Shown here one piece after another: positions 1 to 9,629 of a DNA stretch of 27,264 nt (the stretch's first letter is position 1; every line of letters starts with the position of its first letter). Location of the stretch: positions 1-27,264 of IMG/VR virus record IMGVR_UViG_3300020413_000061. The stretch is one strand, 5' to 3'. This stretch comes from a virus. Its lineage: Duplodnaviria; Caudoviricetes. The notes below the pieces were generated by a model, which saw only the letters and a list, made by a program, of their open reading frames with translations, made no database searches and was not told where the DNA came from. The translations under genes were made by a program, and so were the position numbers.

Positions 1-212
1 GACCCGATAGCCTCGCACAACGCAGGGCTTCGATAGCCCGAGGATATAGCGACCGGTTTACCAAAATGCTCACGCACAGGTTGCAGGACAGTCTCCGCTA
101 GGTGAATAAGATTTTCTACATGCTCGGTTGAAGGTTCATTCTTAATACCTTTACGAGTTGCAGTTTGAGATTTAGTCATCTCTGCTAGTGAAAAGTTTGC
201 TGATAGTTTCAT
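1..212 (-). CDS. Peptidase M15 family endolysin (Zn D-Ala-D-Ala peptidase-like), 5' part only, runs off the left edge
   Basis: Not in ORF track. Manual translation from ATG 212: MKLSANFSLAEMTKSQTATRKGIKNEPSTEHVENLIHLAETVLQPVREHFGKPVAISSGYRSPALCEAIG. The NFSLxE start and LQPVREHFGKPVxISSGYRS motif are typical of Peptidase_M15_3. TAATG overlap with the upstream stop. Confidence 0.9.
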   Translation of the reverse strand, partial: MKLSANFSLAEMTKSQTATRKGIKNEPSTEHVENLIHLAETVLQPVREHFGKPVAISSGYRSPALCEAIG

Positions 213-472
213 TACATTATACCCATTACCATTTCTAAAAATATTAAAGCTACAGCCCCCACTGTAGATAGAACTACCCAATAGATCTTATCTATCTTAC
301 CACCCAAAGCTTCTACATCCTGATGTACATGCGTAATTTTATCGTCCAGGTGTTTTAGGTGATTAGTTTTTATTAACTCTATTTCACGTTCAACGCCTTT
401 TACATGACCATACAAAGATATAATATGTTCTCTATCGTCTTCTGGGGTTATGCCTTTAACTGTATCGTTCAT
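212..472 (-). CDS. Small coiled-coil protein with C-terminal transmembrane helix (possible holin or lysis accessory)
   Basis: Heptad-like region followed by hydrophobic IYWVVLSTVGAVALIFL. Coupled by TAATG overlaps on both sides and directly precedes the endolysin. Confidence 0.65.
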   Translation of the reverse strand: MNDTVKGITPEDDREHIISLYGHVKGVEREIELIKTNHLKHLDDKITHVHQDVEALGGKIDKIYWVVLSTVGAVALIFLEMVMGIM

Positions 473-3400
473 TAACCTACTCCAAATATTGTGTCGTTTG
501 TACCAAAAACTTGTTGACCTTTCAACGCTGTTTGTTGACCAGTAGCCGGTGTAGTTGTAGGCAACGCAGCTGCAGACGTTGGTATATTGCTTAAACCCTG
601 TAAGGCTTGAGATTGTAGTATAGGAAGTTGAGAAATACTAGATGTTCTAAAAGGATTAGGTGTTTCAGGTAGTTTAGCTCCAAGAGGAATACCGTCATAT
701 AATCTAATTAATCTTTTAATTAAACTTCTAGCTCTCATGTATGGATTAGGATCTCCTATTGCCCTGGCGTTATCAGCAAAAGCTTTTTCTATGTTCTCTG
801 ATGGAACAAAAGGTTTAAACTCACCTCTTTTTATAGCATCTAACTGTGTCTTAGATACCCTGTCTGCAAACTCAGAGTCTAAATTGCTTATAGGTGTCCC
901 TAAAGTTCTAGCCGCATAGTAATCATTAAACATTTTTTCTTGTACTTTATATAACGCATCACTTGCTACTCTATATCTATCTACAATTTCTTCTGGAGAT
1001 ACAGGACCACCTCTTAACAACGGTGATGTAAATTCACGTCTAGCATTGTTAATACCTGTTCTAAAGTCTGCAATTTTAAATTTCATTGCTCTTACAGGAT
1101 CTATTTCAACGGCTCTAAAACCTAAGAAACCCTGTAACTCATTTCCTATTTCAAAATCTTGTCCGTATTTATCAAACTTTCCTTTTGTAATAACATCTAT
1201 AGGTTCAAAAGCACGGTCTAGTCTTTTAAATTGTTCTATAGATCCAGGCATTTGTGTTTTAATAACATGAGCTAGGGCTCTACTAAATTTTTCTCCTATA
1301 GGAGTTTGGTCTGTATATAGTCTATTACCTTCACGAGTACGACCACCTCTCATAACAATATCAGAAATACCTGTTGTCCAAATTGATTCACTAACAAACG
1401 GAGATAAAGCTTCCTTAGTACCTTCTATCATTGATTTTAATACTTCTTGACCCATGTCTCCTTCATTGGCTCCTCTCTGTATACCTGTATACAAAGCAGT
1501 AAGAGGTCTAATCATAGTGTCGTATGCATTAGCGTGAGAAAAATCTATATATTTTAATCCACCATCGTCATCTCTCATTGGAATTAAAGTAGAATTTTTT
1601 GACCAGTCAGGAACAAACCTTCTCATTGCTGCCATCTCATCTTCTGTTACATCGTGTAACGCTTTGAAAGCTTCTACAGTTCCATATGGTATAGCTAAAG
1701 TAGTTGTACCCATACCAAAAGCTCTTTTTAAACCTATAGCTCTAAGAGGATAAACAATACGACCGTCATCTAAAGTGTGTTTATAATTTATTTCTTTCAT
1801 CGCTCTAGAAATAATATTTCCCGAAGTTCTATATATTTCTGCAGGGAAAGATACAAAGTTACCAAGAGGCAATCTTCTTGTAGCTTTAATAAAATCGTTA
1901 ACCATATCGTAGTTAGGTATATTGTTTCTAATTATATCAGCAGCTTCTTCATCTAGTTCATCAGCTGTTCTTGTTATTTTATATTTCTCATACGCCTTGC
2001 CTAGTCTTTGTCTTTCTAGTGCAAACGAAGTTATCTTCCAAAAGTCATCTTCTGCTGTATAAAAATCTTCTGTAGTCTTTTTTAATTTTGATAAAGGTCT
2101 AAACATTTCTCGTAAAGCTTTTCTAGAATTTACAGACTCACCAAAGTTTGTATCTTTTAACAATCTTTGTAAGTCTCCTAGTCTTACGTTACTGTTAACA
2201 ACACCAAGTCTTAATAAATCCCTATACCTATCGTTAGCCATACGAGCCCCTGGAACCTGTAGTGCTTGAAATGCTTCTTTGAATGCAGCGGCACTATCAC
2301 CAACACTAACAGTTAAACCTGGTATCAAACCATTTGCTGAAGCAAAAGCACCTGCAGATATAAAGTTACGGGCATGTGTGACAGGACTTAAAACTGTTTT
2401 TGCAAGTTGTGAGGTTGCTTTTGGATACAATAAAAAACTTTCGTACAGTTGTGTAAGAGTTGATTTATCTCTAGCTACCATAGCTGATTCTTCAATTGCT
2501 TCTGCAACACCTTTCTCTGCATACTTACCATGTAAAGGGTTTGTACTTCCTGCTTCTATCGTCTTACTAGGGTCAATCTCAATCTGTTTAATATTTCTAC
2601 CAAAGTCAGACACAGCTTCCTTTTCTGTTTCTCTAAACAAACCTTTCATTGTAGCTGGCGTAAGACTGCCTGGATTGTCTTTTATAAAATCAGCTCTTTC
2701 TAAAGCTAGTTCTTTATCTTTAGTCAATAGTGTATTGTAAAACTGATTACGTCTTCCAACTAAAGACAATCTATTTGTTCCAGTAAGCATAGTTTGCATA
2801 GGGTCTTCAACTTTACCAAACAACTCTTCAATAATTTTTCTTTGATCACCTACAACATCTTCTAATGCTAACGTGCCTCTAGCTGATTCTATTTCACTAA
2901 GAGTAGTTCTGTTTACAAAGAAGTCAGGAACATCAAAATATATACCAGATGTTTTCTCTCTTGTTGTTGCTAAATCTCTAGGTGGTCTAGCTGTTTCCAA
3001 TAACCTATCAACAAAAACTTCTGCTTCTCCTCTTGTTATAGGCTTACCTGCATCCTCAGCAGAATCCATAAACATTTTAATTGTTTTTTCTACAGTTTCT
3101 TCCGTAGGCTTGTAATTAAACAAAGGTATAACGCTTTTGTTTTGGAACATCTCATAAGTTGAACCAAGATAACTTCTAAACTTTTCTCCAAATATAGGAG
3201 AGAAAGCACTTCTAACTTCATCGTCCATAGAATAACCAAGACGACTAAATATATGACCCCAACCTAAACGCATTTTTCCAAAAGAATCAAAAACACCTGC
3301 GATATCTTCTTCTTTGGCACCACGATCTCTCATGGTTTTTGTAACTTTAGATATTAAACCTTTGTCCATATCACCAAAAGTTACTTTACCTATAGAATCC

Positions 3401-5925
3401 ATAGACACGTCACCGGATAAAAGAGTGTCATTTAATTCTCTCATGAAACTTTGTCTTCCTTTGTTATCCATTTTTTTAAAAGGGTTTAAAACAAAAGGAA
3501 AGATAGCATCAATGTGCTTATCTAGTTTACGTGCTTGTTCACCGGCATAGTTAACATCCCCGGCCCGCGCTCCTATATTTCTTCGTTCGATATCAAAGTA
3601 TAGTTGAGACTTCTGTCCTCTAGGTCTAAAGGCTCCAAAGAACTTATCTAATTTATCGTTGTTTGCTGATAGATCGTTTCTTCTTTTTACCAATGATTTT
3701 ATAGCTGACCCTGCACCACCGACTAAACCAACCATTAATGATCCATCTAAACCAAACTTCATTCTATTTACAATTTCTTTAGATGCTTGGTTCTCATCGT
3801 TTGGATCGAGCTCCGTTGGTCCCATGCCTATCATATCTCCAAACGTACCAACACCTTCTGGATCACCTACAAAAATAGCATCACTTACTCCAGCACCGCC
3901 TGCAGCACCTAGCGTAGCTAGCAACCTACCTTTTGCATTTAGTGCTTCTTGAAACTTACCAGGTAGTTCAGGATCACTTAATTTAAAATAGTTACCATTT
4001 CTTTTATTTAATAAAGCACGTCTTGCTAATTTTTCTCCTGCTCTCCAACCATATGCACCAGGCACACCTAAATTTACAGCTATTCTAGAGAACGTTCCAA
4101 GCCAATGTTGTTCTGCTTTGTCGTCCCAATCATTTAAATTATCAAACCAGTCTTCTACTTTAGCTGCATTGTTTGTACCAACACCTAAATCCATAAGAGA
4201 CGCGCCAAGTGTAAAAGCACCTTTTGGTATATCTAATAAACCAGCACCTATACCTGCTAGTAAACTTTCCATGCCACCTATTTTATTTGTAGCATCTAAC
4301 ATACTAGCTGTGCCAGGAGCATCTCTAGGATCTCCAACAATACCACCTATTTTATAATTCTCTCTTGTACCACCAGCTGCATTGTCTTTCATAACTTCTA
4401 GTACAGAATCACCTAGGTCTAATCCTGTTGCATTCATCATGTTTTTAACTTGTGTATCAAAATCTGTTGTAGGGTTTTGTACTGGAGGTAAACTACCATC
4501 AGCTAGTTTAACTCGACCACCATCTTTTAAACCAAAACCTGGCCTAGTTATTCCAGGGGCATCATCTGATATCAAAGAGTCCATAAACCTGTTTGTAACT
4601 TTTTGTTTTATGTCCTGTCTAACAGCTTCCCAATTGTTAGTTGTATTATAAAGAAGCTCTGCTGGATCTAACTCACCTAATCTGTCTTGTTGAGCTTTAA
4701 AATAATAATTTCTTCCTGTCTTTGGACTATTAACAAACTTATTCATAGATTGTTCTATATAATCATCAAGTAAGTTAGGTGTTACCATGTCTGCTGTTAA
4801 AGGGGCATCTATATCTCTTTTTGCTTTGTACAAAATTTCACCATCAGGTCCAAATTTTCTCATGTTTCTTGATACATCTAATAAAACAGTGTCTTCTAAA
4901 GTAAAATCTTGAAGAAACTTGTCTCCAAATAAAGTTCCTCCTGGATCAAGACTCCCTTTAGGCTCACCTAAAAAATCAATTTTATTTTTGTTAACATCAA
5001 ATTTTTTAACAACAAGAACATCACCAAACTCAGAATAAATTTTATCTTGTAGTTTGTTTATTTCTTCCATTTCGTTCATTAAACGATTTTGGTCAACGGG
5101 GTCTGTTGTTTTTTTGTATTTTGCAAAAAGTTTTTCTAACAATATATTATTAGCGTCTCTTTGTTGTTCAACAGCATCATCTATTCTAGAAGCACCGCCT
5201 GTTAAAGCCTTATCTACATTTAGGTCTGCGTCTAAGTACGCAAGATCTTTTGCTCTGTATTTTGTTTTTAACCCCGCTGCATGGTGCAAATGTTTTGCTG
5301 TATCGCCTGACAACGCCGCAAGAATAGAAGTGCTACCTGCTGCTTTTTCTCTTAATGTTCTTTGTTGTTTTTTTGTACCAACAACTACATTGGCTGTTTG
5401 TGGATAACCATTGTAATGGTTTCTACCAAGCATGTTTAACATACCAGCAGACACATCTTTTCTAGCTTTTTGCATTTCATCTAAAGTTTTAAAACCAAAG
5501 TAAGGACTCATAAATAGATCATCCATGGCTTTTACTTTTTCTCTGTCAGGAAAATTTTGATAAGGAACGTTTTCTTGAAACTGTTTTACTAGTTTTTTAA
5601 AGTCATCTTCTATTTGAGCACTTTTAAAAACAACACGTGCTCCTTCCTCACCTCTATTAAAACTATAAGAAACAGGTTTGTTTGAAGAAAAAGGATTAGT
5701 CTTTCCATATTTTTTTAGTTTACTTTCTTTTATTTTTTCGCCTCTTTTTTTAAAGGCATCTTCTTTTGCTTTTGCAAATTTTGGTTCTATTTCAGTTTTA
5801 AATTTTTTTGCTTCTTCTAAAGTGTCAAAAACTTTATCAACATTTAAGGATGCTGACTCACGTTTATATCTAAATTTATCACCGCGGCTTTTAAATATAA
5901 ATCTAGCTATTTTAGTTGCTGGCAT
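472..5925 (-). CDS. Very large internal virion/ejection protein (1817 aa) with N-terminal AP2-like/HNH-like module
   Basis: Long ORF with GGAGG RBS. Last and largest gene of the post-nozzle cluster, the position T7 gp16 occupies. Helical, with Gly-rich hydrophobic segments. Function inferred from synteny. Confidence 0.7.
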   Translation of the reverse strand: MPATKIARFIFKSRGDKFRYKRESASLNVDKVFDTLEEAKKFKTEIEPKFAKAKEDAFKKRGEKIKESKLKKYGKTNPFSSNKPVSYSFNRGEEGARVVFKSAQIEDDFKKLVKQFQENVPYQNFPDREKVKAMDDLFMSPYFGFKTLDEMQKARKDVSAGMLNMLGRNHYNGYPQTANVVVGTKKQQRTLREKAAGSTSILAALSGDTAKHLHHAAGLKTKYRAKDLAYLDADLNVDKALTGGASRIDDAVEQQRDANNILLEKLFAKYKKTTDPVDQNRLMNEMEEINKLQDKIYSEFGDVLVVKKFDVNKNKIDFLGEPKGSLDPGGTLFGDKFLQDFTLEDTVLLDVSRNMRKFGPDGEILYKAKRDIDAPLTADMVTPNLLDDYIEQSMNKFVNSPKTGRNYYFKAQQDRLGELDPAELLYNTTNNWEAVRQDIKQKVTNRFMDSLISDDAPGITRPGFGLKDGGRVKLADGSLPPVQNPTTDFDTQVKNMMNATGLDLGDSVLEVMKDNAAGGTRENYKIGGIVGDPRDAPGTASMLDATNKIGGMESLLAGIGAGLLDIPKGAFTLGASLMDLGVGTNNAAKVEDWFDNLNDWDDKAEQHWLGTFSRIAVNLGVPGAYGWRAGEKLARRALLNKRNGNYFKLSDPELPGKFQEALNAKGRLLATLGAAGGAGVSDAIFVGDPEGVGTFGDMIGMGPTELDPNDENQASKEIVNRMKFGLDGSLMVGLVGGAGSAIKSLVKRRNDLSANNDKLDKFFGAFRPRGQKSQLYFDIERRNIGARAGDVNYAGEQARKLDKHIDAIFPFVLNPFKKMDNKGRQSFMRELNDTLLSGDVSMDSIGKVTFGDMDKGLISKVTKTMRDRGAKEEDIAGVFDSFGKMRLGWGHIFSRLGYSMDDEVRSAFSPIFGEKFRSYLGSTYEMFQNKSVIPLFNYKPTEETVEKTIKMFMDSAEDAGKPITRGEAEVFVDRLLETARPPRDLATTREKTSGIYFDVPDFFVNRTTLSEIESARGTLALEDVVGDQRKIIEELFGKVEDPMQTMLTGTNRLSLVGRRNQFYNTLLTKDKELALERADFIKDNPGSLTPATMKGLFRETEKEAVSDFGRNIKQIEIDPSKTIEAGSTNPLHGKYAEKGVAEAIEESAMVARDKSTLTQLYESFLLYPKATSQLAKTVLSPVTHARNFISAGAFASANGLIPGLTVSVGDSAAAFKEAFQALQVPGARMANDRYRDLLRLGVVNSNVRLGDLQRLLKDTNFGESVNSRKALREMFRPLSKLKKTTEDFYTAEDDFWKITSFALERQRLGKAYEKYKITRTADELDEEAADIIRNNIPNYDMVNDFIKATRRLPLGNFVSFPAEIYRTSGNIISRAMKEINYKHTLDDGRIVYPLRAIGLKRAFGMGTTTLAIPYGTVEAFKALHDVTEDEMAAMRRFVPDWSKNSTLIPMRDDDGGLKYIDFSHANAYDTMIRPLTALYTGIQRGANEGDMGQEVLKSMIEGTKEALSPFVSESIWTTGISDIVMRGGRTREGNRLYTDQTPIGEKFSRALAHVIKTQMPGSIEQFKRLDRAFEPIDVITKGKFDKYGQDFEIGNELQGFLGFRAVEIDPVRAMKFKIADFRTGINNARREFTSPLLRGGPVSPEEIVDRYRVASDALYKVQEKMFNDYYAARTLGTPISNLDSEFADRVSKTQLDAIKRGEFKPFVPSENIEKAFADNARAIGDPNPYMRARSLIKRLIRLYDGIPLGAKLPETPNPFRTSSISQLPILQSQALQGLSNIPTSAAALPTTTPATGQQTALKGQQVFGTNDTIFGVG

Positions 5926-5933
5926 ACTACCTC

Positions 5934-7124
5934 CTAACTAGAGGCCCATTCCTGTGCCTCTGCTAAGTCGTCAGTAAATTTCAAACCGCCTTCACTGTTA
6001 ACCGCACAGTAAAAACCTTGTCTACCAGAAGTTCCAGGATCAGGATTTAAGAATACAGAGTTTGTAGATGCTCGTGCTGTGTCTTCGTTAAACTCGCCTT
6101 TTCTATCTACAGGCAGTGTAGAAGTAATTCCTGCGTCAATTGCTTCTTGCATTTTTCTAATTTGACCAGGAGCTGTATAGTTACCAGCTGTTATGTTTTC
6201 TATATCTGCTGCTTGCATAAGTTGATCGTTACTAAACATTTCTGTCATAGCTTGTGTAGCAGCTGCTGTATTTATATCAGATGTTCTTTGTCTTCTTGTT
6301 GCCATTTCTGCTGATAAAGGAGCGTTGAATGCAGTTAATGCACCTCCAACGCCTTCTCCAGAACTTAATGCGCTACCACCAGCGACTAGTGCGTCACCAA
6401 TAGTTGTTAAATTATTGTTCTGTTCTCCTTCTCCTAACAGTTCTTTATATAAATTTAATTTTTCAAAATACTCTTCTCTAATTCTATCCTCTTGTGTCAT
6501 TTCTTCTACTTGATCCATAACGTCGCCTTGAGTTTCGTTGTCAGTTTCTTCTACAATATCAGAACCTGTTTTACCCATAGCGCTTCTAATTGCTCCAGCA
6601 GGAGTATATGAGAAGTCACCTTCTCCATAAGGTTTGCTAGCTTCGTATATATTTTTTGCTATGTTACCTGTTTGTAATAAAGGATTAATGGCTGTAGCTA
6701 GTTCTAATCCTTGTCTTCCCATTTGAAAAGCTGATCCCAATGGAGTGTCAGATGCACTTGGGTCTGGTGCGTCAAACATAGAAGATACAACACCAGCACC
6801 ACCTCCAACAGAACTTAAAGCTCTAAGGGCCATCATTTTTTTAGTAGGGTCTTTTATTTCTGATATAGTTTTCATAATATCATCACCACTACCACCGGCT
6901 AGTTTTCTCATATCCATAGCGTCTTCGTCTAAAACTTGTTTTGTTACTTTTGATCCTTTAGTTATATTCATAGGATTTATAAAATTCATAATACCTTCTA
7001 TAATTTTACCTCCTTTGGAATAACCTGCTCTGCCTCCAGATAGTCCAGACGTAATACCAACACCGTGTGATTTATCTACATCACCACCCATACTAAACAT
7101 TTTTCTTCTAAGAGTGTGTACCAA
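5934..7124 (-). CDS. Putative internal virion/ejection protein (396 aa), TTG start
   Basis: GGAGG-ATAAC-TTG start context. N-terminal LRRKMFSMGG. Gly/Ala-rich hydrophobic segments and an acidic helical part. Lies in the ejection cluster. Confidence 0.65.
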   Translation of the reverse strand: MVHTLRRKMFSMGGDVDKSHGVGITSGLSGGRAGYSKGGKIIEGIMNFINPMNITKGSKVTKQVLDEDAMDMRKLAGGSGDDIMKTISEIKDPTKKMMALRALSSVGGGAGVVSSMFDAPDPSASDTPLGSAFQMGRQGLELATAINPLLQTGNIAKNIYEASKPYGEGDFSYTPAGAIRSAMGKTGSDIVEETDNETQGDVMDQVEEMTQEDRIREEYFEKLNLYKELLGEGEQNNNLTTIGDALVAGGSALSSGEGVGGALTAFNAPLSAEMATRRQRTSDINTAAATQAMTEMFSNDQLMQAADIENITAGNYTAPGQIRKMQEAIDAGITSTLPVDRKGEFNEDTARASTNSVFLNPDPGTSGRQGFYCAVNSEGGLKFTDDLAEAQEWASS

Positions 7125-7125
7125 G

Positions 7126-8331
7126 TTATCCTCCTAATCCAAACATACCACCAAGGTTAGATAAGATACCTGCACCTTGCATAAAGTTACCAAAAGCACT
7201 TTCACCAGGACTTGCTTGAGGTCCTGCTGTTGTACCAATACTAGTTCCTGTTCCATAACCACCCATCAATCCTGAAATTTGTTGACCAACAAAACCAAGT
7301 TGTTCGTAAGGAGCGTACTGCTGTAGTTTATTAGTTTGTGCAAGAGCGTCTAATCCTGCTTGTGCATATTTCTGGTTTTGATCACCAAACGCTTGAAGCA
7401 CACCAAACTGTTGAGCACCTAACTGAGGCACTAATTGTGCCATTTGTGTTTGTGCTGCTAATGCTTGTGTAAATGGTGACGTCTGTGACTGTGCTAGTTG
7501 ACCTTGTGTTTGACCAACTTGTCCTAATGCTGAAATATCTTGACCAGCTAAACCTGCTGCACTTTCACCAAGAGCTGCTGTCTGTGAACTAATACCCATT
7601 CTGTTTGCAACGTCTTGTTGTCTAGCGCCTTGTGCTTGTTGGAATCCTTGGTTTAACATATTAGCTTGCAACATTGCTCTATCCATACCTCTACTAGAAC
7701 CAAGTTCTTGAGCCGCTGCTGCAGATCTACTACCTGTCATAGTTCCGCTCATAGCTTGTTGCATACCTAATTGTTGTTGTTGTCTTGATGTATCTAAATC
7801 AAAGTCAGCCATTGCAGCATCAATAACTTGTTGTTGATAAGGAGACATGTAAGAAGCAATTGAACCAGCCCCGGTTCCCGCTCCAGGACCCTGTAGTCCT
7901 CTTGCGCCTGCAAGGTCAGTAGCAGCTTGTTGCTGGAACGGGGTTGCAGCCCCCGAGATAGCTCTTCCTGCTGCTAATCCTTGCATTTGATTTGTTGCTC
8001 CTGCTGCATTTTGTAACGCAGCGGTTCCGGCACCTTGAATTTGATTTGCGGCTGTTGTAGCCTGATCTATAAATGGTTGAAAAGCCCCGATCCCCGATCC
8101 ACCGACCGCGCCTGATGCTGGGTCATATGTAAATCCTTGTTGACCAAGTGCTGTTTGCATTGCTTGTTGTTGCGCTTGGTTTTGCGCTGCAATAGCTGGA
8201 GCAAAAGCAGCTGTATTTATACTACCGCCTAATATACCAGCAAGCTTGGGACCAAAAGTACCTAGTAATGTTTCAACTGCCGGTGATGATAATTCTGTTT
8301 GTGTATGTCTAGTATCGTATTGTGACGCCAT
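7126..8331 (-). CDS. Putative DNA transfer/ejection protein, Gln/Ala/Gly-rich (401 aa)
   Basis: Q/A/G-rich helical composition, YMSPYQQQVID motif and a Gly-rich hydrophobic C-terminus, as typical of podovirus pilot/ejection proteins. TAATG coupling. Confidence 0.7.
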   Translation of the reverse strand: MASQYDTRHTQTELSSPAVETLLGTFGPKLAGILGGSINTAAFAPAIAAQNQAQQQAMQTALGQQGFTYDPASGAVGGSGIGAFQPFIDQATTAANQIQGAGTAALQNAAGATNQMQGLAAGRAISGAATPFQQQAATDLAGARGLQGPGAGTGAGSIASYMSPYQQQVIDAAMADFDLDTSRQQQQLGMQQAMSGTMTGSRSAAAAQELGSSRGMDRAMLQANMLNQGFQQAQGARQQDVANRMGISSQTAALGESAAGLAGQDISALGQVGQTQGQLAQSQTSPFTQALAAQTQMAQLVPQLGAQQFGVLQAFGDQNQKYAQAGLDALAQTNKLQQYAPYEQLGFVGQQISGLMGGYGTGTSIGTTAGPQASPGESAFGNFMQGAGILSNLGGMFGLGG

Positions 8332-9629
8332 TATACTTTTGCCTCCATATTATTCATTAGGTCATACATTCTTTGTGCGCCTACATTAACATCTCCACCA
8401 CCCATACCACGTACAGCATCAGCAGTCATTACAAATTCATTTTTAGAAAGCATCGCTGGCACATCGTCAGCCCTTTCTGGTCCACCCATAGGTATAAAAC
8501 CTCCTGAGTTTCTATAATCTAGTTCCATGCCGCCTGGTACACCAGGAGCTTGCATGATACCACCGCCAGCTCTAGGAGCTCTTGGGTTCATCATTTTTTG
8601 CATTTGAATATTGTACATTTGGTTTGCTATTGAATCTTCATTCATGCCTGGTGTTGTGGCTCCAAACAATGCTTCTTTTATTATCTCGGCCTGTTCTTCT
8701 AATTCTCTTTGACGTTTCTTACCTTCGCTTCTTTTCATAGGCATAACAGTTTCACCGTCTTTGTATCCTGTTCTGCCACCATCAGCAAAAGTGGTAAAGA
8801 TAGGATAGTTTGTTCCTGCAAATTGTCTTTTAGTAAATTGCATTGGGTTTACAGTCTCGTTATAGTTTCCGCCATACATAGCTCCATAAGGACCATAGAT
8901 TGTATTTATTTCATCTTGTGTATATCCAGCGTTTTGACCATATAGATTCATTAGATCATAATTTTTTTGAGCTAACGCATCTTGACTAAGTGCTCCATCT
9001 GTTCCTGCTCCACCAGCTGCTCTTTGTTGTTCAAAATCATCCATAGCATTCATTCCAGCCATGATACCCATAGGTGCTGATAGTTTCATCGCTTGACTAA
9101 ATCTTCCTTTATTTAAAAGTTGTGGTGCAATGTCTTCACTAAAGTCAATTGGGTTGTACATTGATCTACCTGTACTTGTAATAGCATCAGAGAAACGTTG
9201 TCCTATACCCGCGATCCCCGGTTCGTATTTAAAACCTTCAGCAAAAGTTTTAAAAGCATCTGGGTTATCGGCTGCGAATTGCATTGCATTACCGGCTGTT
9301 CCTCCTGCTCCTGGTAAAAGATTAGGGTTAGCAGCATTCGCTACAGAGTCACTCATAAACGCTTTTTCAGCAGCTGTACCTTTACCTGCTTGAGCTCCCT
9401 TTGCCATACCTGTCATAGCAGCTTGTAATGCTAATTTTTTATAATTTAATTTTCCGTAGTTTTTTGCATCGGCTAATGCTTGTGCTGGTAAAGTTGCTAA
9501 CATTCCAACAGGTCCCAAGAAAGGAGCAGCCATAGCTATATAAGGCATGACTTTCGCTAATTCTTTTGGCATGATCTTGTCAGCCACTTTATTCATGACC
9601 TTATCGACTTTTTTCTTGACCGATCCCAT
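8331..9629 (-). CDS. Putative ejection protein (432 aa) with basic amphipathic N-terminus and tape-measure-like C-terminal domain
   Basis: Lys-rich N-terminal helix followed by a hydrophobic stretch. C-terminal ADDVPAMLSKNEFVMTADAV resembles the SDxIPAxLSxGEFV motif of phage tape measure C-termini. Confidence 0.7.
   Translation of the reverse strand: MGSVKKKVDKVMNKVADKIMPKELAKVMPYIAMAAPFLGPVGMLATLPAQALADAKNYGKLNYKKLALQAAMTGMAKGAQAGKGTAAEKAFMSDSVANAANPNLLPGAGGTAGNAMQFAADNPDAFKTFAEGFKYEPGIAGIGQRFSDAITSTGRSMYNPIDFSEDIAPQLLNKGRFSQAMKLSAPMGIMAGMNAMDDFEQQRAAGGAGTDGALSQDALAQKNYDLMNLYGQNAGYTQDEINTIYGPYGAMYGGNYNETVNPMQFTKRQFAGTNYPIFTTFADGGRTGYKDGETVMPMKRSEGKKRQRELEEQAEIIKEALFGATTPGMNEDSIANQMYNIQMQKMMNPRAPRAGGGIMQAPGVPGGMELDYRNSGGFIPMGGPERADDVPAMLSKNEFVMTADAVRGMGGGDVNVGAQRMYDLMNNMEAKV

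Noticed and set aside
7860-8115. Locally GC-rich patch (CCCCGATCCCCGATCC)
   Set aside because: Largely explained by Gly/Ala/Pro-rich coding. No mobile element ends were seen.
472-9629. RTX toxin as the acyltransferase substrate
   Set aside because: No GGxGxDxL calcium-binding repeat array. The Gly-rich motifs have a different pattern.
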